64,000 bases of DNA from an uncultured Pseudomonadales bacterium. GTDB lineage: Bacteria; Patescibacteriota; Microgenomatia; UBA1400; PJMF01. Under the pieces are notes generated by a model that saw only the letters and a program-made list of their open reading frames with translations, was not told the DNA's origin and made no database searches. Below, piece by piece: positions 18,498 to 29,175 of the stretch (position 1 is its first letter; every line of letters starts with the position of its first letter). The stretch covers positions 4,239-68,238 of the forward strand of contig CAZBVY010000001.1 of assembly GCA_964495475.1 (NCBI GenBank), in the 5' to 3' direction. The translations under genes and the position numbers were made by a program.

Positions 18498-19286
18498 ATG
18501 GAAATTTGGCAAGCATTTGTATTGGGAATTGTTGAGGGGCTAACAGAATTTTTACCTATCTCCTCCACCTTTCATCTAATTTTCGCAGGTAAATTGCTCA
18601 ATATCGAACCCAGTAATTTTCTTAAATTTTTCGAAGTATTTATTCAAGCTGGCGCCATCCTTGCTGTTTTATTTTTATACGGCAAAGAATTATGGCAAAA
18701 TCGCAAGTTGGATAAAAACATTATTTTATCTTTCATTCCGACTGCCATTCTTGGGTTTTTGTTACATTCAGTGATCAAAAACTTTTTCTTTGAAACCGAT
18801 TGGTTGATGATTAGCGCTTTTGTGATTGTCGGTTTGATTTTTATCGTCTATGAACAATGGCATAAAAAACATCCAAGTAAAGAAAAAAACATTGCTGATT
18901 TAACTTGGCAACAAGCCATACTCATTGGTATTGGTCAAGCCTTTGCCACTCTGCCGGGAGTCTCTCGCGCCGGAGCCGTGATTCTAACCATGATGATTTT
19001 GGGTCAAAAACGTTCTGAATCAGCCAAGTATTCTTTTTTGTTAGCCTTACCTACTACCTGCGCTGCCGCAGGATATGATGCTTTAAAGCTCATTGGTCAG
19101 AATCCAATTTCTGCTCAAGAATTTTTCTTGATAATCGTCGGCTTCGTCACAGCCTTCGTATCAGCCTTTTTTGTTTTAAAATGGTTTATTGCCTATTTGC
19201 AAAAACACACACTCACCAGCTTTGGCATTTATCGTTTAATTGTGGCTGGATTTTTATTAATAACTTTTGGACCAACAATTTTCTAA
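18498..19286 (+). CDS. uppP: Undecaprenyl-diphosphate phosphatase
   Basis: GIVEGLTEFLPISSTFH, PGVSRAG. Confidence 0.95.
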   Translation: MEIWQAFVLGIVEGLTEFLPISSTFHLIFAGKLLNIEPSNFLKFFEVFIQAGAILAVLFLYGKELWQNRKLDKNIILSFIPTAILGFLLHSVIKNFFFETDWLMISAFVIVGLIFIVYEQWHKKHPSKEKNIADLTWQQAILIGIGQAFATLPGVSRAGAVILTMMILGQKRSESAKYSFLLALPTTCAAAGYDALKLIGQNPISAQEFFLIIVGFVTAFVSAFFVLKWFIAYLQKHTLTSFGIYRLIVAGFLLITFGPTIF

Positions 19287-19312
19287 AATATCTTTTTGAA
19301 GGTGTAAAATAG

Positions 19313-20188
19313 TTGAACGTGAAAATAAACCAACTTAAACATCTTTATATTAATCCAATAGAGCAATGTAATTTAAATTGCAAAATTTGTTATACCAAAA
19401 AAACTAAAAGTGTATTATCCAAGCAGGAAATTCTTGATTTTATTGAACGTTATCAAAAAGTTCAAAAATTGGAATCAATTACTTTTTGTGGTGGCGAGGT
19501 TTTTTTAATTAAAAAATTTCCACAATTGATCAACGAATTGATTGACCAAGATATTTTTATTCAAATTATTAGTAATGGCACCATTGATCGTTTAGAAGAA
19601 ATTAAAGAACCAAACATGGTCAACTTAATTATTTCTCTAGACGGTTTAGAAGATTATCATGATCTTAATAGGGGAATTGGAAATTTCGCAAAAAGCATCA
19701 AATTACTTAAAAAAGCTATTAAGCTTGGTTTTCATACAGAAATTTTCTCTATCGTTACCAAAGAAAATCTTCAAGCAATTCCTCAATTTGAAAAAGAAAT
19801 TCTTAAAAACTTAGGAAAAACAGTTGAGATTACTTATCATCCACGCAAACCCATTAATTATCTTAATAATCATCCTGTTTCTAATATTTTAGGAGAAGTA
19901 AAAAATTTTAATTTTCTAAATTCAAACGAAATTACAACATTATTAAAAAATAAAAAAACTTTCCCCCCAAAAAACTTAGGCTGTTATCAGATTGCTTTAA
20001 TGTCAGATAAACAAATTTATGCCTGCTGTGAAGGCATTAATGCAATCGGCAATATTAATACCGATGTTAAAGAATTAATTAATAATTTTCAAAATCGCCT
20101 GACAAATTCATGCCATCAAAATTGTTTAGATTGCACAGAGCCAGATTTTGTTTGTGGTTTCAAAGATATTTTTTCTAAGATAGAATGA
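19313..20188 (+). CDS. Radical SAM protein with Cys-rich C-terminus
   Basis: CNLNCKIC, GGE motif, C-terminal Cys cluster. Confidence 0.9.
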   Translation: MNVKINQLKHLYINPIEQCNLNCKICYTKKTKSVLSKQEILDFIERYQKVQKLESITFCGGEVFLIKKFPQLINELIDQDIFIQIISNGTIDRLEEIKEPNMVNLIISLDGLEDYHDLNRGIGNFAKSIKLLKKAIKLGFHTEIFSIVTKENLQAIPQFEKEILKNLGKTVEITYHPRKPINYLNNHPVSNILGEVKNFNFLNSNEITTLLKNKKTFPPKNLGCYQIALMSDKQIYACCEGINAIGNINTDVKELINNFQNRLTNSCHQNCLDCTEPDFVCGFKDIFSKIE

Positions 20189-20192
20189 TCGA

Positions 20193-21449
20193 ATGCTAAA
20201 TATTGGAAAAATTATTAAATTTCCAACAAAAACCATCGATCATAATCAAAACTTATATAACAATAATTTGTTTTATTTGAGAATTCTCAGTGTATTTCGT
20301 TCTTTGTTCTTTATGGTGCCAGTCTGGGTTTCAATGGAATTGAAATACATTAGTTTAACTCAGGTAGCCATCATCGACATGATTATTTTAGCCAGTGCTT
20401 TGGTTTTGGAATTACCAACCGGTGCTTTAGCTGATTTAATTGGTAGAAAAAAAAGCATTAGCATTTCTTTTTTAGTAAGCGCCATGGCTTATTTTCTTTT
20501 TGCCTACGCCAACAGTTTTTATTTATTTTTAATTGCTGGACTCGGATTTGGATTGGGAGATGCTTTACTTAGTGGAGCTTTAGAAGCTTTAGTTTTTGAT
20601 ACTTTGAAACAAAACGGCAAAGAACATACTTTTAGTGAAGTAAATAATAAAAATTCTTTAATTTTTAATTACAGTATTTTTTGTGCCATTCTACTGGGCG
20701 GAGTCATGTTTGAAAAATACTATCATCTACCCTCAATACTCACAGGTATTTCTTTTCTTATAGCAGGTTTTATTTCTTCAAAATTTATTGAGCCAGATAT
20801 TGATAGTGAAAAATTTACTCTTAGAAATTATTTATTACAAACTAAAATGGGCTTTAAAGAATTATTCAAAAATAAACAAGCAAGAGACATTTCCCTTTTT
20901 TATATTCTAGTTGGCACTTTTACTTGGCCGATTGTTTTAAGTTTTAAAAATTTTGCACTAGTCGATCTTGGAGTTAGCGAAAAAAACATGGGTTTTATTT
21001 TAGCTTTTGTTTCTTTACTTGCAGTGCAAATCTTGCATGTTTTAATTAGAAAAAAAGTTTTTGAACAGATGAGAATTGTTTTTTTACTTCCTGCTATTTT
21101 ATTAAGTATCTTTTTACCTCTTAGTTATTTTTATCAAATTCCAAATGTTATCATTATGATTTTCTTCGTAATGTTAATGTCTTCTATGCGTTGGAATGTT
21201 TTAGGTAGACTTAGTAATCAATGTTATAGCTCTAAAAATAGAGCCACTGCTATTTCTAGTTTAAGTATGATGATCAGTTTGACTTATATTATGGTATTAG
21301 CTTTGTTTTCTTTGCTCAATGAATATACTGACCATTCAATTAAAATCACCTTTTTAATCATGGGTTTTGGGAGTATATTTTTCTTGTTACCTATTTCTTT
21401 GAAATTAGCAAAAAAATATCATAATAAAGTTTTTCAAACTTATGACTAA
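20193..21449 (+). CDS. MFS transporter
   Basis: ELPTGALADLIGRKKS motif A; many TM segments. Confidence 0.9.
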   Translation: MLNIGKIIKFPTKTIDHNQNLYNNNLFYLRILSVFRSLFFMVPVWVSMELKYISLTQVAIIDMIILASALVLELPTGALADLIGRKKSISISFLVSAMAYFLFAYANSFYLFLIAGLGFGLGDALLSGALEALVFDTLKQNGKEHTFSEVNNKNSLIFNYSIFCAILLGGVMFEKYYHLPSILTGISFLIAGFISSKFIEPDIDSEKFTLRNYLLQTKMGFKELFKNKQARDISLFYILVGTFTWPIVLSFKNFALVDLGVSEKNMGFILAFVSLLAVQILHVLIRKKVFEQMRIVFLLPAILLSIFLPLSYFYQIPNVIIMIFFVMLMSSMRWNVLGRLSNQCYSSKNRATAISSLSMMISLTYIMVLALFSLLNEYTDHSIKITFLIMGFGSIFFLLPISLKLAKKYHNKVFQTYD

Positions 21450-22257
21450 AACATTTAAACAAAAGAAAACACTTGGCTTAGCTTTGGGTAGCGGAGGCTG
21501 GCGAGGACAGGCGCATATAGGAGTAATCAAAGCTCTACTGCAAGCCGGAATTAAAATCGATTATATTGCTGGAGCTAGTGCCGGAGCTTTAATTGGAGGA
21601 TCATATTGTGCTTTGCAAGACATTCATCTCGTAGAAAAAATCTTTAGGGAAAAAATCAATAAAATACAATTAATGTATGCTTTTTCTGATCCAGGACTTA
21701 AAGGTGGTTTATTTAAAGGTCAAAAAGTTATAGAAATTTTTGAAAAACTCATTGGCAAACCCAAAATAGAAAATTTAGCCATTCCTTTTTGTGCAGTTAC
21801 AAGTGATTTGCTGACCGGCAAAGTAGTTGAAATCAAACATGGTGATTTAGCCAAAGCTGTTAGAGCCAGTACCTCAGTACCCTTCGTTTTTGCGCCAGTT
21901 AAATATGATAAATGTAGATTAGTTGATGGAGCCACTGCCGTTCCAGTACCAGTTAAAACAGTTAAACAAATGGGAGCAGATGTGGTAATCGCAGTTAGTC
22001 TCTATAAAAATATTTTTCCAATTAAAGCTACTAAAATCAGTCCCATCAAGGCTATGTTAAAAACCAGCCACATCATGCTTTATCATTTAGCCAAATATAG
22101 TTGTCAAAATGCCGATATTGTCCTGGAGCCTAATATTAAAGAAAAGAGTACTTACTCAAATCCATTTTTTGGTTTTATTAAAAATGAGGGCACGATAGAA
22201 GCTGGAGAAGAAGTTACGCAAGCTAATCTTGCTAAAATTAAAAAGCTTTTGAGTTAA
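21442..22257 (+). CDS. Patatin-like phospholipase
   Basis: LGSGGWRG, GASAG, DGA. Confidence 0.9.
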   Translation: MTKTFKQKKTLGLALGSGGWRGQAHIGVIKALLQAGIKIDYIAGASAGALIGGSYCALQDIHLVEKIFREKINKIQLMYAFSDPGLKGGLFKGQKVIEIFEKLIGKPKIENLAIPFCAVTSDLLTGKVVEIKHGDLAKAVRASTSVPFVFAPVKYDKCRLVDGATAVPVPVKTVKQMGADVVIAVSLYKNIFPIKATKISPIKAMLKTSHIMLYHLAKYSCQNADIVLEPNIKEKSTYSNPFFGFIKNEGTIEAGEEVTQANLAKIKKLLS

Positions 22258-23182
22258 ATTTTGGTATCGCTAGTAAGCTAGCTTTCATCACTGTGAAGTC
22301 AGAACTAATTTGCAAAATTGGTAATAAATACCAAGATTCCGGACAATTATGTTTATTTTTATAAATACTCCAAATTATATAAATCAAAAAAAGACTTAAA
22401 AAATAAATTAAATTAAAATTCAAAATTAAAATTAAAAAAAACAAATATCTCACAAAAATTAACAAAACTTTTGGTCGAATAATACCCGCTTCAACATCGC
22501 TTTTAGCAAAAGCACCAATCTTTTTAATAAACGATAAAAAATCATGTGGTGGTTCCCAATAAACAATCGCTTTTTTCGCAAAAGCCATCTCTATATTTTT
22601 CTGTTTAATTCTCAGCATTAGTTGATAATCTTCACTTAGCTTTAATTTTTCATTAAGACCTCCCAAGTCTTGCCAAAGTTTTTTTTCAATTAACAAAGAG
22701 CGGGTGGTAGGAATAAAATTCTTCTCATTAACATTTTTCGACAATTGTAAAAAATAGGGAACAATCGCCTCTTCTAATTTAGAATGAACAATTCCTCTGA
22801 AAAATCCACCTACGACTTTTTTTCTTGATAAAATTAATTTTTTAAGTAATTCCTCTAACCACAACCAATCAAGTATGCATCCAGCATCAGTAAAAGCTAA
22901 ATAATCAGCTGAAGTTTTTGTAACTGCAAAGTTTCTGGCTTGACTACGATTAGTTTTTTTTCTGAAAAAACGAATATTTAGTTGTGGATTTTTTTTGCTA
23001 AAAGCTTCAATTATCAAATCAGTTCCATCAGTTGAACAAGCATCAACGATAATAAATTCCTGAGCTAAAATGCTTTGCTTTTTATAGCTCTCTAAAAAAT
23101 CATGGATGTTATTTTTCTCATTAAAAACTGTTGCTATTAAAGCAACAGAGATTTTTCTATAATCAGTCAACTGACTTGGCAT
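22238..23182 (-). CDS. Glycosyltransferase family 2
   Basis: TVFNE, IVDACSTDGT, FTDAG, SEDY. Confidence 0.9.
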   Translation of the reverse strand: MPSQLTDYRKISVALIATVFNEKNNIHDFLESYKKQSILAQEFIIVDACSTDGTDLIIEAFSKKNPQLNIRFFRKKTNRSQARNFAVTKTSADYLAFTDAGCILDWLWLEELLKKLILSRKKVVGGFFRGIVHSKLEEAIVPYFLQLSKNVNEKNFIPTTRSLLIEKKLWQDLGGLNEKLKLSEDYQLMLRIKQKNIEMAFAKKAIVYWEPPHDFLSFIKKIGAFAKSDVEAGIIRPKVLLIFVRYLFFLILILNFNLIYFLSLFLIYIIWSIYKNKHNCPESWYLLPILQISSDFTVMKASLLAIPKFNSKAF

Positions 23183-23238
23183 GTTTGATAGGACTATAGC
23201 TTTTATTTAACTGCAAGTCTAGAGATAATTAAACTGCT

Positions 23239-24210
23239 ATGAAGGCCTTAATCATTACTGAATCATATTTACCCAATCTTGGCGGAGTGGAAAAACATAT
23301 TGCTGGTATCAAACCTTATTTAGAAAAAGCCAATTTTAAATTAACAATTTTTAGTAAAAAAGAAATATTTAAAAATCGTCCACTCAGAAAATTCATAGGA
23401 TTATTGCAAATTTGGTTGGAACTAGCCAAACGTATTCAATTAATTAAACAAGCAGATATTATTTTTATTCACGATGTTTTTATTTATTATTTGCCATTTA
23501 GAATTATTTTCCCAAGAAAAAAAGTCATCACTACTTTTCATGGTTGGGAAAAAATTTATCCCATTCCATTAAAAAATATTTTATATAAACAATTAGCGCA
23601 AAAATTTTCTCATAAAACCGTCAGTATTGGTAACTACATCAACAAATACTATCATTTGCATAATAAAAATAATTATTTAAACTACGGCGCTGTAAAAATT
23701 CCCACGACACAAATTGATCTGACAAAAAAAGAAAAAAACAGTTTTTTGTTTGTAGGAAGATTAGAAAAAGATACTGGTTTACCAATTTTTTTGGATTTCT
23801 TAAATATTTTATTAAAGAAAAAAATAATTTTTTCTGTTAAATTTTGCGGTGATGGGCCCATGAAAAAAAATTGTCTTCGCTATGGTCCAGTGCTTGGTTT
23901 TGTTGATGTTAAAAAATATTTAACCAAATCAGAATTTTGTTTTGCAGGTGGCTATTTATCTATTCTGGAAGCAATGATTAATAAAAACATTGTGCTAAGT
24001 GCTTTTAATAACGAACTTAAAAAAGATTATTTACTAGATAGTCCTTTTAGACAAAGCATCATTTATGCCGATCAAGCACAAACCTTGTTTGATAAATATA
24101 GTGGCATACAAAATAAGCGAAAGTTACTTGATTTAAATTATCATTTAGCCAAAAAATATAGTTTTGAACAATTAGCTAATTTATATATACAGTTAAGTCA
24201 ATCAAGATGA
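23239..24210 (+). CDS. Glycosyltransferase family 4
   Basis: GGVEKH, TFHG, FVGRLEKDTG, LEAM. Confidence 0.85.
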   Translation: MKALIITESYLPNLGGVEKHIAGIKPYLEKANFKLTIFSKKEIFKNRPLRKFIGLLQIWLELAKRIQLIKQADIIFIHDVFIYYLPFRIIFPRKKVITTFHGWEKIYPIPLKNILYKQLAQKFSHKTVSIGNYINKYYHLHNKNNYLNYGAVKIPTTQIDLTKKEKNSFLFVGRLEKDTGLPIFLDFLNILLKKKIIFSVKFCGDGPMKKNCLRYGPVLGFVDVKKYLTKSEFCFAGGYLSILEAMINKNIVLSAFNNELKKDYLLDSPFRQSIIYADQAQTLFDKYSGIQNKRKLLDLNYHLAKKYSFEQLANLYIQLSQSR

Positions 24211-25760
24211 AAAAAAGTTTGATTCTAATCGTTTTACTTTCACTCACATCTTTTGTTTTAGTTTTTGGAATTTTACAAAATTACTTAGTCTTCAAATCTT
24301 TAAAAGAAATGGATTTAACGAGAGCTACCAAGACAAGTAAGACGGCGATTTTTTTACCAAAAATAATTAATCTAATTACTTTTAAACAAATTGAACTAAT
24401 TAAATTTTGGGAATTTTCAATTCAGGAAATTTCTACCATTCAGGAATTAATAACAAATACTCAGACCTACTTAACACAGGTTATAAACAATGAATTGGTG
24501 GATCAGGAATTAGCTAACAAAATTATTGAACATTTAGAAAAAATAAATAACAAATTAAATAAAATTGATATTAAGGAATTAAATGAAGTTCAATCAATCA
24601 CTGAAGATTCTCTCATTATTGCCAAAAAATTATTGCAAACCAATCAAAATTATATTGTAATTCTTCAAAATAGTGACGAACTTAGAGCAACTGGGGGATT
24701 TTTAGGTTCATTTTTTATTTTAAAAACACAAAATGGACAAATAGCTCCCTTAGAAATTCAAGATATTTATGTTCCCGATGGACAATTCAGTGGTTTTCTT
24801 GAAGCTCCTCCAGGATTGAACGAATACCTAAGCTCCGGTAAAGGTTTGCGATTGCCAGATGCTAACTGGTGGCCAAATTTTGCAGATTCTGCAGAACAAA
24901 TTCTTTATTTTTTTGAAACTGTTACAAAAGAAAAATACCAGGGAGTTATTGCTTTAAATTTAAATACCGTTGAACAATTACTGGAAATAACTGGAGAAAT
25001 ATATTTGCCTGATTACAACACTTATATCAATGAAGATAATTTTGCTCAGATTGCTAGAGCAGATCGCAATGAATTTTTCCCAGGTTCTCAAGAAAAAGCC
25101 AATTTCCTCAATCATTTTTTTAATATTTTTAAATTGCAGTTAACTCACGTTATGCAAAAAAATCCCAAAGCAATTTTCGCTCTTAGTAGAAAATTTGTTG
25201 TTGAAAAAGATTTACAAATTTATAGCAGGGACACTGAAATTAACAACATTTTACAAAGAAGAAATCTGACTGGAAAAATGTACAATCAACAAGAATTATA
25301 TTTTTTTCTAGTTGAAAGCAACGTGGGCATTAATAAAGCCAATCGTTTAGTTAATAGAGAAGTATTAATTAAAATAGGGGAAAATCAAGAAAAAATTATT
25401 ATTAATTTCCAAAACAATAATCAAGTTCCTTATGTTAATTATCAGAGACTCTATGTCAATCCCACCACTAAACTAATAAACATTTTCATAGATGGTAAAC
25501 AAATAAATTCTATTGATCAAAAAACTTTTACTACCAAAGAAGGAAATCAATTTAAAGAAATTGGTTTTTTAACATCAGTATTAGCTAAAGGCCAATCTCA
25601 AATAGAAATTAATTTAGACAGTTCTTTTTCTCTAGAATCTAAAAAAAACATTTTTATACAAAAACAAGCTGGTCTAGCGAGCACTCCCTACACAGTTAAT
25701 TATCAAGAACAAAGTCGAAGTTTTGAACTAACTAGTGATCAAAACCTAATCTTCGATTAG
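24207..25760 (+). CDS. DUF4012 domain protein
   Basis: LQNSDELRATGGF, DANWWPNF, NVGINK, QKQAG. Confidence 0.85.
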   Translation: MKKSLILIVLLSLTSFVLVFGILQNYLVFKSLKEMDLTRATKTSKTAIFLPKIINLITFKQIELIKFWEFSIQEISTIQELITNTQTYLTQVINNELVDQELANKIIEHLEKINNKLNKIDIKELNEVQSITEDSLIIAKKLLQTNQNYIVILQNSDELRATGGFLGSFFILKTQNGQIAPLEIQDIYVPDGQFSGFLEAPPGLNEYLSSGKGLRLPDANWWPNFADSAEQILYFFETVTKEKYQGVIALNLNTVEQLLEITGEIYLPDYNTYINEDNFAQIARADRNEFFPGSQEKANFLNHFFNIFKLQLTHVMQKNPKAIFALSRKFVVEKDLQIYSRDTEINNILQRRNLTGKMYNQQELYFFLVESNVGINKANRLVNREVLIKIGENQEKIIINFQNNNQVPYVNYQRLYVNPTTKLINIFIDGKQINSIDQKTFTTKEGNQFKEIGFLTSVLAKGQSQIEINLDSSFSLESKKNIFIQKQAGLASTPYTVNYQEQSRSFELTSDQNLIFD

Positions 25761-25781
25761 AATAGACCAGAGATAAAATAT

Positions 25782-26837
25782 ATGGATCACGAAACTCTCA
25801 TTGCCAATTGTCAAAAATTATTACTTGATTCTAAGTTAGCAGAAAAAAAAGCTTCTATTTTAGCGATTGAAAAAGAAAGTGAGCAGGCAGGTTTTTGGCA
25901 ACAAGACTCGGCTCAGCAAAAAATGCAGTGGTTATCTTCTTTGCAAAAAGAAGTTAAAGCATTGGAAAAAATAGAACAATTGGCCAATGATTTACAAGCT
26001 GCCATAGAATTGGAATTGTCTGAAGATATTCAAATAATTACTCGTAATTTAGAAAAGCTTTTTAAAGACGCTGAATTAAAACAATATTTAAGTGGTAAAT
26101 ATGATCGTTCATACGCAATCTTATCCATTCACCCAGGCCAAGGTGGCACAGAAGCTATGGATTGGGCTGAGATGATTAAGCGCATGTATCAACGTTATTT
26201 TGAAAGAAAAGCTTGGAAATATAGATTTGTTTCAGAAATTAGAGGTGAAGATGCTGGCATCAAAGAAGCAGTTTTTGAAATTGAAGAAGATTATGCCTAT
26301 GGTTATTTAAAAGGGGAACAGGGTACGCATCGTTTAGTAAGACAAAGCCCGTTTAATGCTGATAATTTAAGACAAACTTCTTTTGCCTTAGTTGAAGTCT
26401 TGCCTATTTTAGATCAGCAAAACGACATAGAAATCAAGGATGTTGATTTGGAATGGAATTTTACTAGAGCCGGTGGTGCTGGTGGACAATCAGTTAATAA
26501 AACTAATTCTGCAGTAGAACTCACTCACGTTCCCAGTGGAATAACAGTCAAATGTCGTGAAGAACGCAGTCAAATTCAAAATCGTGAGCGAGCAATGAAA
26601 ATGCTTAAAGCTAAATTAGCTAAAATTGAAGAAGAAAAATTTGAAAACGAATTGCAAAGTGCCAAAGGACAACATCAAAATGCTAGTTGGGGGACACAAA
26701 TTCGCAATTATGTTCTCCACCCTTATCAATTAATCAAAGACACCCGAACTCAAGTAGAAACCAGTCAAAGTGGCGAGGTTTTAGATGGTGATTTAGATCA
26801 ATTTATTTTAAGTTTTATTCATTATAGAAAAAGTTAG
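25782..26837 (+). CDS. prfB: Peptide chain release factor 2 (no programmed frameshift)
   Basis: GGTEA, HRLVRQSPF, GAGGQ, QIRNYVLHPY. Confidence 0.95.
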   Translation: MDHETLIANCQKLLLDSKLAEKKASILAIEKESEQAGFWQQDSAQQKMQWLSSLQKEVKALEKIEQLANDLQAAIELELSEDIQIITRNLEKLFKDAELKQYLSGKYDRSYAILSIHPGQGGTEAMDWAEMIKRMYQRYFERKAWKYRFVSEIRGEDAGIKEAVFEIEEDYAYGYLKGEQGTHRLVRQSPFNADNLRQTSFALVEVLPILDQQNDIEIKDVDLEWNFTRAGGAGGQSVNKTNSAVELTHVPSGITVKCREERSQIQNRERAMKMLKAKLAKIEEEKFENELQSAKGQHQNASWGTQIRNYVLHPYQLIKDTRTQVETSQSGEVLDGDLDQFILSFIHYRKS

Positions 26838-26863
26838 CTATTTTGGGCTAAAATAGGAGCACT

Positions 26864-27436
26864 ATGTATAAAATGCAACTGCAAGAAAACGATCAAAATC
26901 AAATCAATGACCAAGTAGGACAAAATGCTTACGAAGAAAAACAAGTTGACGAATTTCCAAATTTGAGTCAAAATCAGAATCTTATGAGTAAAAAAGCAAA
27001 AAAAACCTTCATTATCATTTGTGGTATTGCCATACTAGCCGGAACTTTAACTGGTTTTGGAGCATATAAACTCAAGAATAAAAACGGAGGAACCGTGGCT
27101 CAAGTAGAAAACGTTACTGTTGAAGACGCTAATAAAGTTAAAAACGGTGACGTTTTTGGCGTGCAAGATAAAGATACTTTTGCCGATAATGCCACTGGTT
27201 ATGTTGAAGCAGGTGGCGTAGAAGGTGAAGGTTCTCATAAATTGTTAAGAGAAGGTGGCGATAGTCAAACAGTCGCTCTCACCTCTTCTGTGGTCGATCT
27301 AGATAAATTAGTCGGCTTTGAAGTGAAACTCTATGGAGAAACTCACAAAGCAGAAAAAGCCGGATGGTTCATGGATGTTGGCCGAGTTGAAGTGGTTAAT
27401 ACGGAAGCAGAAGCTCCTATTCAAACTTTAGATTAA
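26864..27436 (+). CDS. Single-TM hypothetical protein
   Basis: One TM segment followed by a beta-rich domain. Confidence 0.8.
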   Translation: MYKMQLQENDQNQINDQVGQNAYEEKQVDEFPNLSQNQNLMSKKAKKTFIIICGIAILAGTLTGFGAYKLKNKNGGTVAQVENVTVEDANKVKNGDVFGVQDKDTFADNATGYVEAGGVEGEGSHKLLREGGDSQTVALTSSVVDLDKLVGFEVKLYGETHKAEKAGWFMDVGRVEVVNTEAEAPIQTLD

Positions 27437-27455
27437 ACATGCTTAAATAGACCTC

Positions 27456-28316
27456 ATGCCCATGATAGTTTTTTCAGCTGTTAGCAAGTCATTTGCTGAT
27501 AAGCCCACTGCCATCGTCAACCTGGATCTAGAAATTAATGAAGGAGATCTTCTCATTATTACTGGACCATCTGGAGCAGGCAAAACTACCTTGATGAAAT
27601 TGCTTATTAAAGAGTACTCTCCCACTAATGGAGAGATTACTTTTGAAAATACTCCACTGAGTCAATATAAAAAATCAGATATTCCTAATTTACGTCGCAA
27701 AATAGGCGTAGTTTTTCAAGATTATAAATTGATAGAAGACATGAATGTCTGGGAAAACATTGCTCTTCCTCTTTATATCAGTGGCAAAAAAGATGAAGAA
27801 ATTGAATCAAGAGTAACGGATTTACTAAATTTAATTGGTTTGGCTGATAAAGCTTCACTTTTCCCTAGACAACTTTCTGGCGGTGAAGCTCAACGAGTTA
27901 GTATTGCCAGAGCTCTTTCAACTGCTCCCAAAGTTATTTTTGCCGATGAACCTACTGGAAATTTAGATCGTGAAGCTACTATTAAAATTACTAAACTTTT
28001 AAAAAAGATTAATGAGCTCGGTACTACTCTATTATTTGCTACCCATGATCCATTAGTTTTAGATGAACTTCATGACGAAAAAATTGTTCATCTAGAAAAA
28101 CAAGCTCCTGCGACTGAAGAGAAAAAAGAAGATAAAAAAGATGAGGAAAGAGAAAAAGTTAAAGAAAAACAAGAAAAATTAGAAAAAGAAATTAACGAAA
28201 AAAAAGAAATTAAACAAAGTCATAAATCAAGTTTGCCGAAATTAAAACTTAAAATTAATTTTAAGAAAGATAAAAAAGAAGAGTCAAAACATAAGGAAAA
28301 ACATGAAAGCACTTAA
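27456..28316 (+). CDS. ftsE: Cell division ABC ATPase FtsE with charged C-terminal tail
   Basis: GPSGAGKTT, VFQDYKL, LSGGE, ADEPTGNLD; upstream of ftsX. Confidence 0.9.
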   Translation: MPMIVFSAVSKSFADKPTAIVNLDLEINEGDLLIITGPSGAGKTTLMKLLIKEYSPTNGEITFENTPLSQYKKSDIPNLRRKIGVVFQDYKLIEDMNVWENIALPLYISGKKDEEIESRVTDLLNLIGLADKASLFPRQLSGGEAQRVSIARALSTAPKVIFADEPTGNLDREATIKITKLLKKINELGTTLLFATHDPLVLDELHDEKIVHLEKQAPATEEKKEDKKDEEREKVKEKQEKLEKEINEKKEIKQSHKSSLPKLKLKINFKKDKKEESKHKEKHEST

Positions 28317-29172
28317 TTCTGCCATGGTTGCTATCCGACGCTCACCTTATCAAAGTACTTTAACTATTTTTATCTTAACTATTACTTTCTTTGTAGCTTA
28401 TTGTTTTTCATTGTTGAGCATTGGTAGTGAAAAAATCTTATCATTTTTCGAAACTCAACCTCAAGTAATCGCTTTTTTGAAATTAGAATCAAAAAATGAA
28501 GATGCAGAGAGAATTAGCCAAAAAATGAAAGAAAAAAGCTATGTTAAAGAAGTCAAAATAGTGACTAAACAGGAAGCTTTACAGATTTATCAAAAAGAAA
28601 ATCAAGATGATCCTCTTTTATTGGAATTAGTAACTGAAGAAATTTTGCCAGCTAGCATTGAAGTCGCTGCTAAAGACGCTAAAAGTCTAGACACCATTAA
28701 AAATGATCTAAAAGAAGAAAGTGCAGTCGAAGATGTAGCCTTGCAAGAAGATGTGATTAATAATTTGATTCGCTGGACTAATGCCATGCGTATTATTGGT
28801 CTGTTTTTATTAGGCACTTTGACGGTAACTTCATTTGTCATGATTATGACTACTATTTCCATGAAGATTTCCACTAAACGAAAAAACATCCAAATTATGC
28901 AATTTGTTGGAGCTTCTAACAGCTATGTAAGCCGTCCTTATTTATTAGAGGCAATTGTAATAAGTAGCGTCGCCAACATCTTAGCTTTTGCTCTATATGG
29001 AGCAGTCATGCTTTATATTAATCCTTGGCTTGAAAACTTCTTAGTTGGCATTATTGATCTTCCCATTGCCTGGCAATTTTTTGCCTATCAATTTATGGCT
29101 GGCCTCGGATTGGCAATCCTACTTGGAATTATCGCGAGCTACAGTGCTGTAGCGCGCATGTTAAAAAAATAA
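28303..29172 (+). CDS. ftsX: Cell division permease FtsX
   Basis: Four TM segments, LPASIEV, MQFVGAS..RPYLLE. Confidence 0.9.
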   Translation: MKALNSAMVAIRRSPYQSTLTIFILTITFFVAYCFSLLSIGSEKILSFFETQPQVIAFLKLESKNEDAERISQKMKEKSYVKEVKIVTKQEALQIYQKENQDDPLLLELVTEEILPASIEVAAKDAKSLDTIKNDLKEESAVEDVALQEDVINNLIRWTNAMRIIGLFLLGTLTVTSFVMIMTTISMKISTKRKNIQIMQFVGASNSYVSRPYLLEAIVISSVANILAFALYGAVMLYINPWLENFLVGIIDLPIAWQFFAYQFMAGLGLAILLGIIASYSAVARMLKK

Positions 29173-29175
29173 ATC

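Noticed and set aside
25782-25860. prfB programmed +1 frameshift
   Set aside because: The ORF is continuous; CTT GAT is in frame and there is no CTT TGA site
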